64,000 bases of DNA from Squalus acanthias (Eukaryota), in NCBI GenBank assembly GCA_030390025.1, contig CM059432.1, positions 92,940,001-93,004,000 on the forward strand. The letters are read 5' to 3'. Shown here one piece after another: positions 53,370-64,000 of this stretch. Positions within the stretch are counted from its first letter, which is position 1; every line of letters starts with the position of its first letter. The position numbers and the translations under genes were made by a program. The notes beneath the pieces were generated by a model, which did not search any database, was not told where the DNA came from, and saw nothing but the letters and a program-made list of their open reading frames with translations.

Positions 53370-55300
53370 AGAAATTTACAGCACAAAAGCAGACCATTCA
53401 GCCCATTGTACCTGTGATGGCTCTTTACGAGAGCAATCCAAACCTAATCCCACTGCCACGTTTTCCTATAGTCTTGTATCTTCTTCTGCTTTAAAAATTG
53501 TCCAATTTTCCTTTAAAAGATGCAATGGTCTCTACCTCAGCCACTCCCCTTGGCAGAAGCATTCCATGCTGCAATAACTCATTGAGTAAAGACATTTCTG
53601 CCCACTTGCTTATGGCAGTTTTAAATTGATGACCAGCTATCACTTTTTCCCTACCCAGACAAAATAGTCTCTTTATTCACACTTGTTCACTAATGTCTTT
53701 CAGGGAGTGACCTGCCATCTCTACATAACATACTTGTGACTCCAGTTTCATAATACATTGTTGACTCTTAATGCCCTTGGAGCAACAAGGGACAGAGAAT
53801 ATGTGCTGCCTTGTCAGCATCACCACATCCCAAGAACAAATATTTTTTTAAAACATCCAGAATTTTAAAAAATACTTCTTGTCTCCTTTGCTCGCTCCGC
53901 TCCAGTGGAAATAGTTCCAGTATCTCAAGTTTCTCTTCATATCTATAATTCCCCATCTGTGGCATCATCCTTGTGAATCTACCCTGTATGCTCTCTGACT
54001 TTATTGTGCTTTTTGTAAAGGAGCACCCAAAACTACACACACTACTCCATTTATGGCCTCACTAGGGGTACAGTAGCATAGTGGTAAAGTTACTGGACGA
54101 GTAATCCAGAGGCCTGGACTAATGATCCAGAGACGTGAGTTCAAATCCCACCACGGCAGCTGAGGAATTTAAATTCAGTTGATTTATTTAAAAAGCTAGT
54201 ATCAGTAATGGTAACCATGAAACTCTTGGACTGTCGTAAAAACCCATCTGGTTCACTAATGTCCTTTTTAGGGAAGGAAATCTGCCAACCTTACCCAGTC
54301 TGGCCTATATGTGACTCCAGACCCACAGCAATGTGGTTGACTCTTAACTGCCCTCTGAAATGGCCCAGCAAGCCACTCAGTTGTATAAGGCGGCTCACCA
54401 ACACAATTCGGGATGGGCAATAAATGCTGGCCTTGCCAGCGACGCCCACATCATGAACGAATAAAGTGTTCTTTACTCTTGTACTGTATGCCCCTATTAA
54501 TGAAACCCAAAATGCTGTTGGCCTTTTTTATAGCTTTGTCTTCAGCACTTGCACTTTCATCCACACCCTTCAGCATCTTTCCATTGAGTGTATACTCTTG
54601 TGTTTCCTCCCAAAATTATTACTTTTCACTTATCCACATTAAATTCCACCTGTGTGCCGATGCAGCTAACCTTTATCTTCCTGAAGTCTTTTACAGTACT
54701 CTTTGCTTTGCCAAACCCCCTAAATTTGTGTTGTCAGCAAGTTTTGAGATTTAGTTCCCTATGCTCAAGTCAAAATCGTTCATATAAACCAAGAAACCCT
54801 GTGGTACACCATTTCCAACCTTCTCCAATCCAATCATCTACCATTTACCCTTTGTGTTTCCTGCTTATTAAACCACTTTCTATCCATGCTACATTTCTTA
54901 CATCAAACACTTCAATTTTTCGCACAAGCCTCTGAAAGATCTTATCAAATGCCTTCTGAAAATCCATATACACTACATCTACTTTAATTGCATTATCTAT
55001 CCTATTGGTCACATCTTCAAAAGGTTTTGTTGAATTTGTCAAACATGACTTACCTTTGCTGGCTGTCATTTGACTAACTGGTCTACAGTCCCCCAGTTTA
55101 TCTTTCCCCTCCCCTTTCTTGAACAAAGGTGCTACATTGGTTACTCTCCAGTCCCATGCTAGAATTTTCATATTTAAGGATGATTGAAGAATTAATGGCC
55201 AAAACCTGTACTACCTCCTCCTTGACTTCTATTGTAGTCAAAGGTGCATGCCATCGGTTGCATGGCATCAGTACCTGATAACTTATCCACATTGAAATCT
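53370..55300 (-). mobile_element. Degraded CR1 LINE interrupted by SINE pieces
   Basis: DWRVTNVAPLFKKG...VDVVYMDFQKAFDK and IQGRFTRMMPQM on minus. Confidence 0.8.
54065..54465 (+). mobile_element. Near full-length tRNA-derived SINE with Zenon-like LINE tail
   Basis: A-box-like tagcatagtgg, B-box gagttcaaatcc; 3' end ggatgggcaataaatgctggccttgccagcgacgcccacatc shared with the LINE copies. Confidence 0.8.
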
Positions 55301-55314
55301 GCTAATATTTTGGA

Positions 55315-55990
55315 TAACTTGCATTTATATAGTGCCTTTAACATGCAGTAAAAGTCTCAAGTCGTTTCGTAGAAGCGTAATCAAAAAATGGAGTCGAGCT
55401 ACAGAAGGAGATATGAGGGGGAAAGAGGTGGGTTTTTAAGGAGGGTCTTCATTGAAGAGATGGAGGTGTAGAGGTGGAGAAGCTGAAGGAGAGAATTCCA
55501 GATTGTGGGGCCCATGTGACCGAAGGCACAGCTGCCAGTGGTGGGTCAAAGGGAGGTGAGATACATAGGAATTCAGAGGAAATGAGAGTTTGGGGGTGGG
55601 GAGGGGCTGGAGGAAATTCGAGATGGGAAAGGGTGAGGCCTTGAAGGGGTTTAAACACAAGATTGAGAAATTTAAATTTGAGGTGGTGTGGAACCATGAG
55701 CCAATGTAGGTCAGTGAGGATAGGGATGCTGGGCGAGCAGGACTTGGTGCTGGATAGAATGCAAGCAGCAGAGTTTTAAATCACCTGAAGGTTATGGAAG
55801 GTGGACAACGAGTGGCCAACCAAAAGCACATTGGAATGGTTGAATTTGGAGATGAACAGGGCACGGATGAGGGTTTTAGTGGCAGATGGACTGAGGTAGA
55901 GAGGGGGGTGGTCGATGTTACGGAAGTGAAAATAGGAAATCTTTGAGACTGAGAGGATATGGGGTTGGAAGTTGCATCAAGATCAGAGCA
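55315..55990 (-). mobile_element. L2-type LINE 3' fragment
   Basis: Tail aacttgcatttatatagtgcc; reverse complement of the L2 copies above. Confidence 0.75.
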
Positions 55991-56478
55991 ATATTTTATT
56001 CGGACTTTTTCCTGTTTTTGCAACTTAGCTTTACAACCAAATACTGAAAATGATGAGTTTGTACAGCATAGCTGTATATAAGTCACACTCTTTCAAATCG
56101 CACAACAATAACTTGAAATGTCCCAGACAGTAAATTTATCAACATAATATTTATTGCTCAGAACTGAGTATACACTTACTAGGCTGAATTCTAAAATAAA
56201 GGACAGTTTTTAACTTATTGCCATGTTTGGAAATGTTTCATTTGAGCTTTCATGATATGGAAGGCCTTAAAAATAAAGATTTGCAGCCCACCTTCGTATG
56301 CATACTGTAAATTCAGAAATGTTCTACCAGTTTCCCTTCTTCATTGAGTCTACTTTTATCACAGGGTTGAAAACTCCCACTCCCTCCCCACCCCTTGATT
56401 TTATGACTCTAAAAAAATTTTCATTGAAAGACTACTCAATACTCAAACCATTAAAATAGCATGCATTGGTTGGCAAAA

Positions 56479-56688
56479 TTAAGAAATAATTGAAGTGGGG
56501 TGTTTGTTCCTTTTGTTTATTGTGCTTGCTACTTGTTTCATGGTGTCAGCAATGCTAGAAATCTCTCTCCAACTTTCTGACCGAAGAGAGCTTTCCATCT
56601 TGAGTTGGGATTTCAGGCTGCTTAGGTCCTGAGCTAGTGTATGAACGTGTCCTTTCATATGAAGAATTTCTTCATCTTTTTCAGAGAT
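56479..56688 (-). CDS. Terminal coding exon of the same coiled-coil gene
   Basis: Minus strand aaatacag|ATCTCT; ISEKDEEILHMKGHVHTLAQDLSSLKSQLKMESSLRSESWREISSIADTMKQVAST...* is in frame with the upstream exon; minus-strand AATAAA at 56150-56155. Confidence 0.78.
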   Translation of the reverse strand: MSEKDEEILHMKGHVHTLAQDLSSLKSQLKMESSLRSESWREISSIADTMKQVASTINKRNKHPTSIIS

Positions 56689-57417
56689 CTGTATTTGGCA
56701 ATGCAACAAACATCACACAACAAACGTCAGAGAAAGCACGGTATATGAACATGTAATTAGTCCTACATGAATATTTCCACCTAGTTGAATATATCCTTTT
56801 TGACAATTACAAGATTCGACGACTTCTCCCCCACTGCAGTTGGGCACTTTCATTTAATCATGCACACTGCAGCTTGCCTGCTATTTTACATTATGATCAA
56901 GTCCATGTTAATTCAATTGCAGTTGCTACTATCATAACTTACATTACTAAAACAGAATAAATAACTACCAAAATCACCACTATTACTCTGCTGAGGTATC
57001 TTTTTCAACCCATTCTTTGCTCAGTGTGAAAGATATTCGACTCATGCATCAGGTAGGACTAGCTAGATCAGTTGTGGGCAAAACACGGCCCACGGGCCAT
57101 ATCCGGCCCGCCAGTTCATTCTATCCAGCCCGCTTGAGCTGCACATTTGTCTCTGAGTCTTGTGGGGAGGGAGCATGGGGGCCGAGGGAGCATGGGGGCC
57201 GAGGAGAGCTCGCTCAGGGTTACTGTGGCCTGGGAGTAGGCTGTGACCCTGAACCAGGGCAATTAAAAAATAAAGCTGCCAGGACTCCTGAAGCAGATCT
57301 GTTTCCCTTTTGTGTCTCGGAGACGGCCTAACATCTGTCTGCGGCTGTCTCCCACTCCGGCTCTGTGAAACACTTTTCTAAAATTTGCTGCACATCGCTA
57401 GCTGATGGGGGTGCTGC

Positions 57418-57429
57418 TGCGCATGCGCA
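57418..57429. promoter_or_regulatory. Perfect NRF1 palindrome TGCGCATGCGCA
   Basis: Exact motif ending 26 bp upstream of the TPP2-like ATG, in a CpG-rich segment. Confidence 0.6.
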
Positions 57430-57454
57430 CTGGATGCTCCTCCTCTGTCGAGTT

Positions 57455-57583
57455 ATGGCCGCTCATCTCAATGACTCTTTTACCGATGTGTCTTTCCTCT
57501 CCTGGTACCCAGAGTACGACAGCAGGGGAGTTCTCGTCGCCATCTTAGACACTCGAGTGGATCCCGGAGCACAAGGACTCCAG
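57455..57583 (+). pseudogene. TPP2: Isolated, degenerate copy of TPP2 (tripeptidyl peptidase II) exon 1
   Basis: [43 protein letters not shown]|gtaacg versus recalled TPP2 N-terminus ...[31 protein letters not shown]. The PFHGLLPKKETG segment is missing, DTG is DTR, and no other TPP2 exon was recognised in the window. Confidence 0.85.
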
Positions 57584-57785
57584 GTAACGCAATTGTAGTT
57601 CAGGCCTTGCCTCGGGTTTCGGTACTCAGCCCACTTAAAAGAGAACACCTCGAGTCTGAGGCCCCGCAGACTCGAGCCACGCAACATACGATCGATCAAT
57701 CATTTCATTCATTCAATAATGGAAGATTTTACTATCTTACACTACATTTTGTGTATTTAAGATGGTATCTGAAATTATGTTTATG

Positions 57786-57947
57786 TAATGTTCCCTCTAA
57801 TTTTTTTTCGTGCACAGTCCCTTTAAATTTGCTGCGTGGCCGCACATGCCACTTGCGCATTATCTCTTCCAGTGGCAGGAGCTGGTGAGTGGCCTGCGCG
57901 GGACCTTGCAATTGGTGCGTGGCCACGCACCTTAGGGGGAAACGCTG
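57786..57947. mobile_element. Small hAT-like MITE nested in the outer element
   Basis: Imperfect TIRs TAATGTTCCCTCTAA ... TTAGGGGGAAACGCTG. Confidence 0.5.
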
Positions 57948-58269
57948 GTGTGCGGCCCGCAACAGCTCACCAAAACTTAAGTAGCCCTCCAGCCCAAATA
58001 ATTGCCCATCCATTGATGGGGGGTGTAATTTTTTTCAAGTGGTCATTCCACAAAGCTATCTTACTTTATAATTAAGTATATTGTAACACCGAACATAATA
58101 TAGTTGCGAGAATTGAACAGTCTGGCGTCTTGGGTATCAGAGGTGTGTGAAATCGGCCTGAAATTACTTCCCTCTGTCCTTTCCGTATCTGCCCTCGGTA
58201 GCATAACTGATATTGAGATGTCGGAATGAGAAGGAGAATTTGAACTTGTACACAATTCCCAGCATTAGG

Positions 58270-58720
58270 AATGATTGGGGGTCACCAATGATCAGAAACT
58301 TATCTTGATTAGCCATATCAACACCATGGCCATAAGGGCAGGTTAGGGGCGGGGTGCTTTGCAGAATGTGATGGAATACTTGCTTGGATTGGTGCAGTTT
58401 CACCAAGTCAGGAAGCCTGCACCATCCAGAACAGACCATCACTGGTGCACTGTGCCTGCAGTGAGTACTAGCTACAGGTATACACTGCAGCAACTCAAAA
58501 GTTATTTGAATGGCACCTCCTTCCCCATCTTGACCTTTTACATTGAGAATGATAGGAGCAGCATCACCTGCAAATCACACCATCCTGACTTGGACATGCA
58601 TCGCTGTTCCTGGGTCGATATCCTGCAATTCCCTATGTAAGACCATCGTAGGAGTACTCGTGGTTCAATGAGAAGGCCCATCACCACCTTTTCAAGACAA
58701 CTAGAGATGGCACTCCTGCT
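58270..58720 (+). mobile_element. Highly degraded Zenon-like LINE fragment
   Basis: ggggtcaccaatgatcagaaactta, gtgatggaatact and cacaccatcctgacttgg shared with other copies. Confidence 0.6.
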
Positions 58721-59176
58721 TAATCTGATGAATTGTTTTCTAAACCACCTCCCCATTCCAATTAGCCTTCTCCTCCAACCAGAACATACATGCAGCATTC
58801 AATCCAGAGCAAAAGCTGTGAGGGGCAAGTGGTGACAGATTGAAATAGTTTTTGCCAGGGTAAAAGGGTGGAACATTCAAGAAATCTGCAATAAAAATGA
58901 GTTCCAGTAGCCCTGCTTGATGAGTAGGAATCCTGTTCCACGAGTCTTATTAATATTGGACTGTAGATATTACCAGTCAAGCCAAAATTATCTGAACTAC
59001 TTCAAAAACTGTCTGTAATTTCAGCAATGTGGGAAGCACTTTTGGTTTCAAACCTATTATGCATTTTGATTGATGCAGGATGAAATGTGATTATATTAAT
59101 GGCTTAAAGAAATTTAAGTTTCACGATGCAAAATACTACCATCATTTCTGATTTATTTGGGCCTTTATGAATTAAT

Positions 59177-59847
59177 GGCCCAGAAGTTGCAGGAGTGCCG
59201 TGAATTGGATTTTTTTTTACCTCACCCTTCAGATCGTATTTTTACGCTGCAAATTGCTGGAAATGCAAATTGATAACGGTGCATCTGGGACATCATGAAT
59301 GTCGGGTCTAATGGTCTTGTTTCCGTAATAAATTAAACTTCTGGATAAAGCAGCAGAGCAAACAGTGAAGGAAATAGGGTGACTTAGAGTCAAATTAGAA
59401 ACCGAGAAATAAAAAGAGGGCAAGAAAGATTGGATAAAGAGACAAAGGAAAAATAAGAAAAATTTAAATTAAAAAAAAAAAAAATCTCTTGGAACAATTT
59501 ACTACCTGCAGGAGTAAGACTCCACTGTTCTAATTGTTCCCTTTCTAGGCATTCAAGGTTGAGTGGCATGTCAGGACCATAAATCGTGTCATTAACAGGG
59601 TCCTTCCGACATAAAATACCAGCCCTAAATGGCTGCGGCGAGATTCATTTGTACTTGCGGCCCAAATCCAGCAATGTCTTGACACTCATGGGAGGTTGAT
59701 GGCGGAGTGGCGCAAACTGTCCAGCAATTTGTGGTGATTCGCTACTCCTGGCGTATCTCTTCCTTGCCATAGATTACTGTTCTTTTTATGCACTAATAAT
59801 GGCAGGCGTTGTGAACTCGCCATTATTTTTTGAACAATTTCTGGGAA
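59177..59847. mobile_element. Harbinger-like MITE
   Basis: TIR GGCCCAGAAGTTG ... CAATTTCTGGGAA; AAT on both flanks. Confidence 0.55.
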
Positions 59848-59873
59848 AATCTACATATAATATATCAAAATAC

Positions 59874-60041
59874 CTGTTTATGTAATGCAGAGATATGCTC
59901 AACTAGACTAGCTTTCTCTCTCTTTAGCTGGGTATTTTCCAGCTTAATATTGGAATGTCGATTCTCCATTGCGGCCAGTTGGTTCCGAAGTGATAGTCCG
60001 TTCAGCTCTGCAGAGCTCTTCCCTTGTTCTAGACGATGAAG
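59874..60041 (-). CDS. Penultimate coding exon of an unidentified coiled-coil protein gene
   Basis: Minus strand cctttgcag|CTTCAT...AAACAG|gtattt; 168 bp, phase 0-0; LHRLEQGKSSAELNGLSLRNQLAAMENRHSNIKLENTQLKREKASLVEHISALHKQ has a heptad pattern. Confidence 0.8.
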
Positions 60042-60084
60042 CTGCAAAGGTAATTGCATATCACCTGAATTAAGTTTTTATATT

Positions 60085-60440
60085 TATTAACACTGTGAAG
60101 CGCCTTGGGACGTTTTACTACTTTAAAGGTGCTATATAAATACAAGTTGTTGTTGTTATGAATGGAGAGACAAGTCGATAAATAAAGAGGTGAGCGACAT
60201 GAGGGAACATTCTTTTGCACAGCGAGTTGTGATCTGGAATGCACTGCCTGAAAGGGGTGTGGAAGCAGATTCAATAGTAACATTCAAAAGAGAGTGGGAT
60301 AAATACTTGAAGGGAAAAAATCTGCAGGGCTATGGGGAAAGAGCAGAGGAGTGGGATTAATTAGATAGCTCTACCAAAGAGCCAGCACAGGCATAATGGG
60401 CCGAATGGCCTCCTGTGCTGTTTCATTTTTATGATTCTGA
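60085..60440 (+). mobile_element. L2 tail (~60085-60160) followed by CR1 3' end
   Basis: gtgaagcgccttgggacgtttt...gttgttgtt; tggaatgcactgcctgaaagggg...gggccgaatggcc. Confidence 0.8.
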
Positions 60441-61524
60441 TTCTCTTCACTAATTTCCGCTGCCCCCCCCCCCCCCCCCCAAAAAAAATTGTACATAATT
60501 TTTCATCCTGTTCTTTCAGGCCCCCTTATACCATGTGCAGCATTCTAAAATGGAGAGTGTAAAGAGACGACCAGTGCCCAGGCAATTGAGTTAACATCTC
60601 ATAGGCAAAAGAGACGATTTTTCTCCCATTGTGGATGGATTAGCTGAGATCAGGAACACACTATGTAGGTAATCTATATCCCATTGTATAGTGCAGTAGT
60701 TCAAATCTTAATCTTTCTATTCCAATGTGGTGTGTAGCCAATTACCATTATTAAAGCAAGTGTCCATAGATTTAAAGGATACATGTTTATATATCAAAGT
60801 TCCACAAAAGGTTTTTTCAACACCCTGGTGAATTTCCGATAAGCATGATAAATGGTCAGCTCCTCTGAGCTCTCTTATAAATTGTTGTAGATTGCTGATG
60901 AGTGTCACCCTTTGTTACGACTGTTGTCATAAATGCAAATAAGAAGTTATAATCTTGGGGTTCATTCACAAATGCCCTAATGTGTGACAAAATAAGCTTC
61001 CTGGTTTTCAAGGTTTCATTTTTCGCAGTTTTGATTTTTTGATATGGTTTCAACAAATTTGGTATTTTTTGGGGAGGGGGGTTTAATAAAAGCTGGTAAA
61101 GTTTCACTTGCCGATGCAGTATTGCTGAAGTTATTATTGGTAGAACAGTAAAAGTAATATAAATTTAAATGAATCATTCTTAACAAAACAAACTTGTAAA
61201 AAATTGTCTATTTTTGGAGTTCATTCAGCTATTTTTGCGCTCTCTCTCGTCTCTGTTAAAGATTTTCATTTGGGAGAGTGACCTTGCAACATCAATACTT
61301 GATGCTGGCAAAGACAAGATAACTAAAAATAATGACAATTCCAGCCACTACTGGTGCCAAAATTAATGGTACTTGAAGGTCCTTGTACATCAGGATGGGC
61401 ACAGGAAGCTACTCAACAAATCGTGTTCATTATATCAATGCACTAAAATGATGAAAAACTTCAAATTTTGGAAAGAATTTAGCCTTATATTGGTCAACGA
61501 TGTGATGAAAATTACAACAGTCTA

Positions 61525-61790
61525 AAAATGTGCGGGTTAGGTTGATTTGGCTATGATAAATTGACCCTTAGTGTTAGGGGGGATTAAATATGTGGGGTTA
61601 TGGGGATAGGATGGGATATGTTAGGGGGAATTAAATACGTGGGGTTACGGGGGTAGGGTGGGATGTGTGTACTGTGGGGATTAAAGCAGGGACAGGGTAC
61701 TGGATTTGGATGATCAGCCATGATCGTATTGAATGGTGGAGCAGGCTCGACGGGCCGAATGGCCTACTCCTGCTCCTAGATTCTATGTTT
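61525..61790 (+). mobile_element. HE1-like V-SINE remnant with internal ~48-bp duplication and CR1-type tail
   Basis: gtgcgggttaggttgatttggctatgataaattgacccttagtg (V-domain-like); the ttagggg..taaata.gtggggtt unit is repeated. Confidence 0.6.
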
Positions 61791-62079
61791 CTATCCACTT
61801 CAAAAGGCATTGCAGATGATAAATGTCACATCAGTGCTTGCCATTTGACATGCCTGCTTGCCAAAGAGCTCTAAAATTGGCTTCTAAGTTGTGCTGCCAG
61901 TCAAATACAAGCCGACCAACAGTATACAGATAGCAGGCCGTAACTCAAACTCTTCCCCAGCTTACTATCAGAATTCTGCCATAGACCCCAATTATTTCAA
62001 TACCTTATGCATGTAGATACTCCAGCCTGTTCTTGATTTCCCAAACAGGTGTCTCATTCTCTTAGAAATTGCAGCATAC

Positions 62080-62890
62080 ATAGAATCATAGAATGGTCAC
62101 AGCACAGAAAGAGGCCATTTGGCCCGTCGAGCCCATACCGGCTCTCTGCAAGAGTACTTCAGCTAGTCCCACTCCCCTGCCCTTTCCCCGTAGACCTGCA
62201 ATTTTTTCTTTCAGGTACTTATCCAATTCCCGTTTGAAAGCCACGATTGAGTCTGCCTCCACCACCCTTTCAGGCAGTGCATTCCAGATCATAACCCCTC
62301 GCTGCGTAAAAAAGTTGTTCCTTATGTCGCCTTTGGTTCTTTTGCCAATCACCTTAAATCTGTGTCCTCTGGTTCTCGACCCATCCGCCAATGGGAACAG
62401 CTTCTCTCTATCTACTCTGTCGTGACCCCTCATGATTTTGAATACCTCTATCAAATCTCCTCTCGACCTTCTCTGCTCTAAGGAGAGCAACCCCAGCTTC
62501 TCTAGTCTATCCACGTAACTGAAGTCCCTCATCCCTGGAATCATTCTTGTAAATCTTTTCTGCACCCTCTCTAAGACCTTCACATCCTTCCTAAAGTGCG
62601 GTGCCCAGAATTGGGGACACTGCTCCAGTTGAGGCCGAACCAGTGTTTTATAAAGGTTCATCATAACTTCCTTGCTTTTGTACTCTATGCCTCTATTTAT
62701 GAAGCCCAGGATCCCATATGGTTTTTTTTAACCATTTTCTCAACCTGCCCTGCCACCTTCAATGATTTGTGCACATCTACCCCCAGGTCTCTCTCCATGC
62801 ACCTCCCTTTAGGATTGTACCCTTTAGTTTATATTGCCTCTCCTCGTTCTTCCTACCAAAATGTATCACTTCGCACTTTTCTGCATTAAA
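62080..62890 (-). mobile_element. Relatively young CR1/HER1-type LINE 3' end
   Basis: Uninterrupted 192-codon frame LYKTLVRPQLE...FFTQRGVMIWNALPERVVEADS. Confidence 0.9.
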
Positions 62891-64000
62891 TGGTGTTCCT
62901 TTTTACAGTTAATATGATTGCACAGAGCTTCATATTTCTGTGTTTATTGAGCAAAAATTCTGTGATGGGAGTACCACCTGAAAGCAACATTCCGGTTGCT
63001 TCAACAATACCATTTGCTTTGTGTAGATGAGTCTTGGATTAATTCTGATTTGATATAAAATTGGGAAGGAGTTTATGTATACTAAACAAGGCTCTAAATG
63101 AATGAATAAAATCAAGAACATTTGTGATCATACTAAGGAATTTAAAAATTGACTTAGGGGCATCAAAAAATCTTGAAATCTGGCTAGCTTTACGAAGTTG
63201 TCAAACAACTAATTTGCAGACTCGCTAGATAGGCACAGCATTTCAGTGTTTTTCAGCGTTTTCTGGATTGGAATAGCAACAGTGGTATATCTGGTCCCTC
63301 CATTATGTTTTGAAGAGTACAGCAATTGCTGGGTCTTCATGTATTTTAGGGATTTCATCAATTGAAAAGTAAATCTCATTTGTGGGACATGAGTTTGACA
63401 TGCTTCAGGCAGGTAGTTTTCATACAATTGAGTGCCTTTTTGTACTTAAAATATTGAAGTTTATGTTTTGATGATTATGCAAGAAGAAATTCTGGCTGCT
63501 TTCACTGCTTGTAATTTTCCATTGATGCACTGGAGTGGAGAAGAGGGCAAAGCTTAACAGCAAGTTCAAGCACCTTCTGCAAATGCCAATCTTGCTGTCA
63601 ATCATCTTAACATCCCCCCACTCCAAAATATGGCTGTGTTTATTAGACCCAGAAGGGAAGCATGCTAGGAGTTTTCTCCACAGACTGCCAACACAGTCAC
63701 AATGGTGCATGCTGTTGCTCATTTTCTTGGGGTTTCCTTTGCGCTGACATCTCTCAAGCCTCATGAACTCCAGCTTCTCAGAGAACCACAGACCACTGAT
63801 GAAAATTATTAGAGGCATTTCAAAGTTCAATCACTTTCTTGTGAGTATTGTATTTTTTTTTAAATTCTGCTACAAACCTTATTTTCAGGAGTGAGTCCTT
63901 TAGATTATGGCAATAACCAAAATGGCAACTGAAACGATTTTCAAAAATTATCTGGAGTGATTTAATTGGCTCTCCTTTTATTGGTAAGCGTTACATAGAC

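Larger units (their letters stand above)
57069..58015. mobile_element. Non-autonomous hAT (Charlie-like) element carrying the TPP2 fragment
   Basis: Left end CAGTTGTGGGCAAA followed by CGGCCCACGGGCC/CCGGCCCGC subterminal motifs; right end TGCGGCCCGC...GTAGCCCTCCAGCCC...TTGCCCATCCATTG. Left flank AGCTAGAT resembles the Charlie NTCTAGAN target; right TSD not preserved. Confidence 0.6.

Noticed and set aside
57455..57583. Functional TPP2 gene
   Set aside because: It has an internal deletion and the DTG>DTR change, no further TPP2 exons were recognised in the remaining 6.4 kb, and it lies between transposon-like ends. A very long intron 1 cannot be fully excluded.
60717..63830. Further upstream exons of the coiled-coil gene among minus ORFs (60717-60908, 63209-63427, 63420-63830)
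   Set aside because: No convincing paired splice sites or coiled-coil character by eye; not excluded.

Overview
Vertebrate genomic DNA, almost certainly from a cartilaginous fish. The repeat complement (HER1/CR1-type LINEs, L2, Deu-domain SINEs, HE1-like V-SINE, Penelope) is typical of sharks. The + strand carries four coding exons of a ZBTB10-type BTB/zinc-finger gene (21155-22127, 27094-27162, 36709-36884, 41140-41484). They splice in frame, the first exon probably lies upstream of the window, and a long AT-rich putative 3'UTR follows. The - strand carries the last two coding exons of a convergent, unidentified coiled-coil gene (59874-60041, 56479-56688). The most unusual object is a ~950-bp CpG-rich hAT(Charlie)-like element in the last intron of that gene. 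It appears to have captured the promoter (perfect NRF1 palindrome), exon 1 and splice donor of TPP2, i.e. a 'Pack-hAT'. Also notable: minimal hammerhead-ribozyme motifs in Penelope remnants, a Helitron-like head-to-tail tandem in the ZBTB10 upstream intron, and four Harbinger-like MITEs with 3-bp TSDs, two of them inside a nested TE stack. Repeat boundaries are approximate (read by eye). Family and gene names come from recalled sequences, not from database searches.
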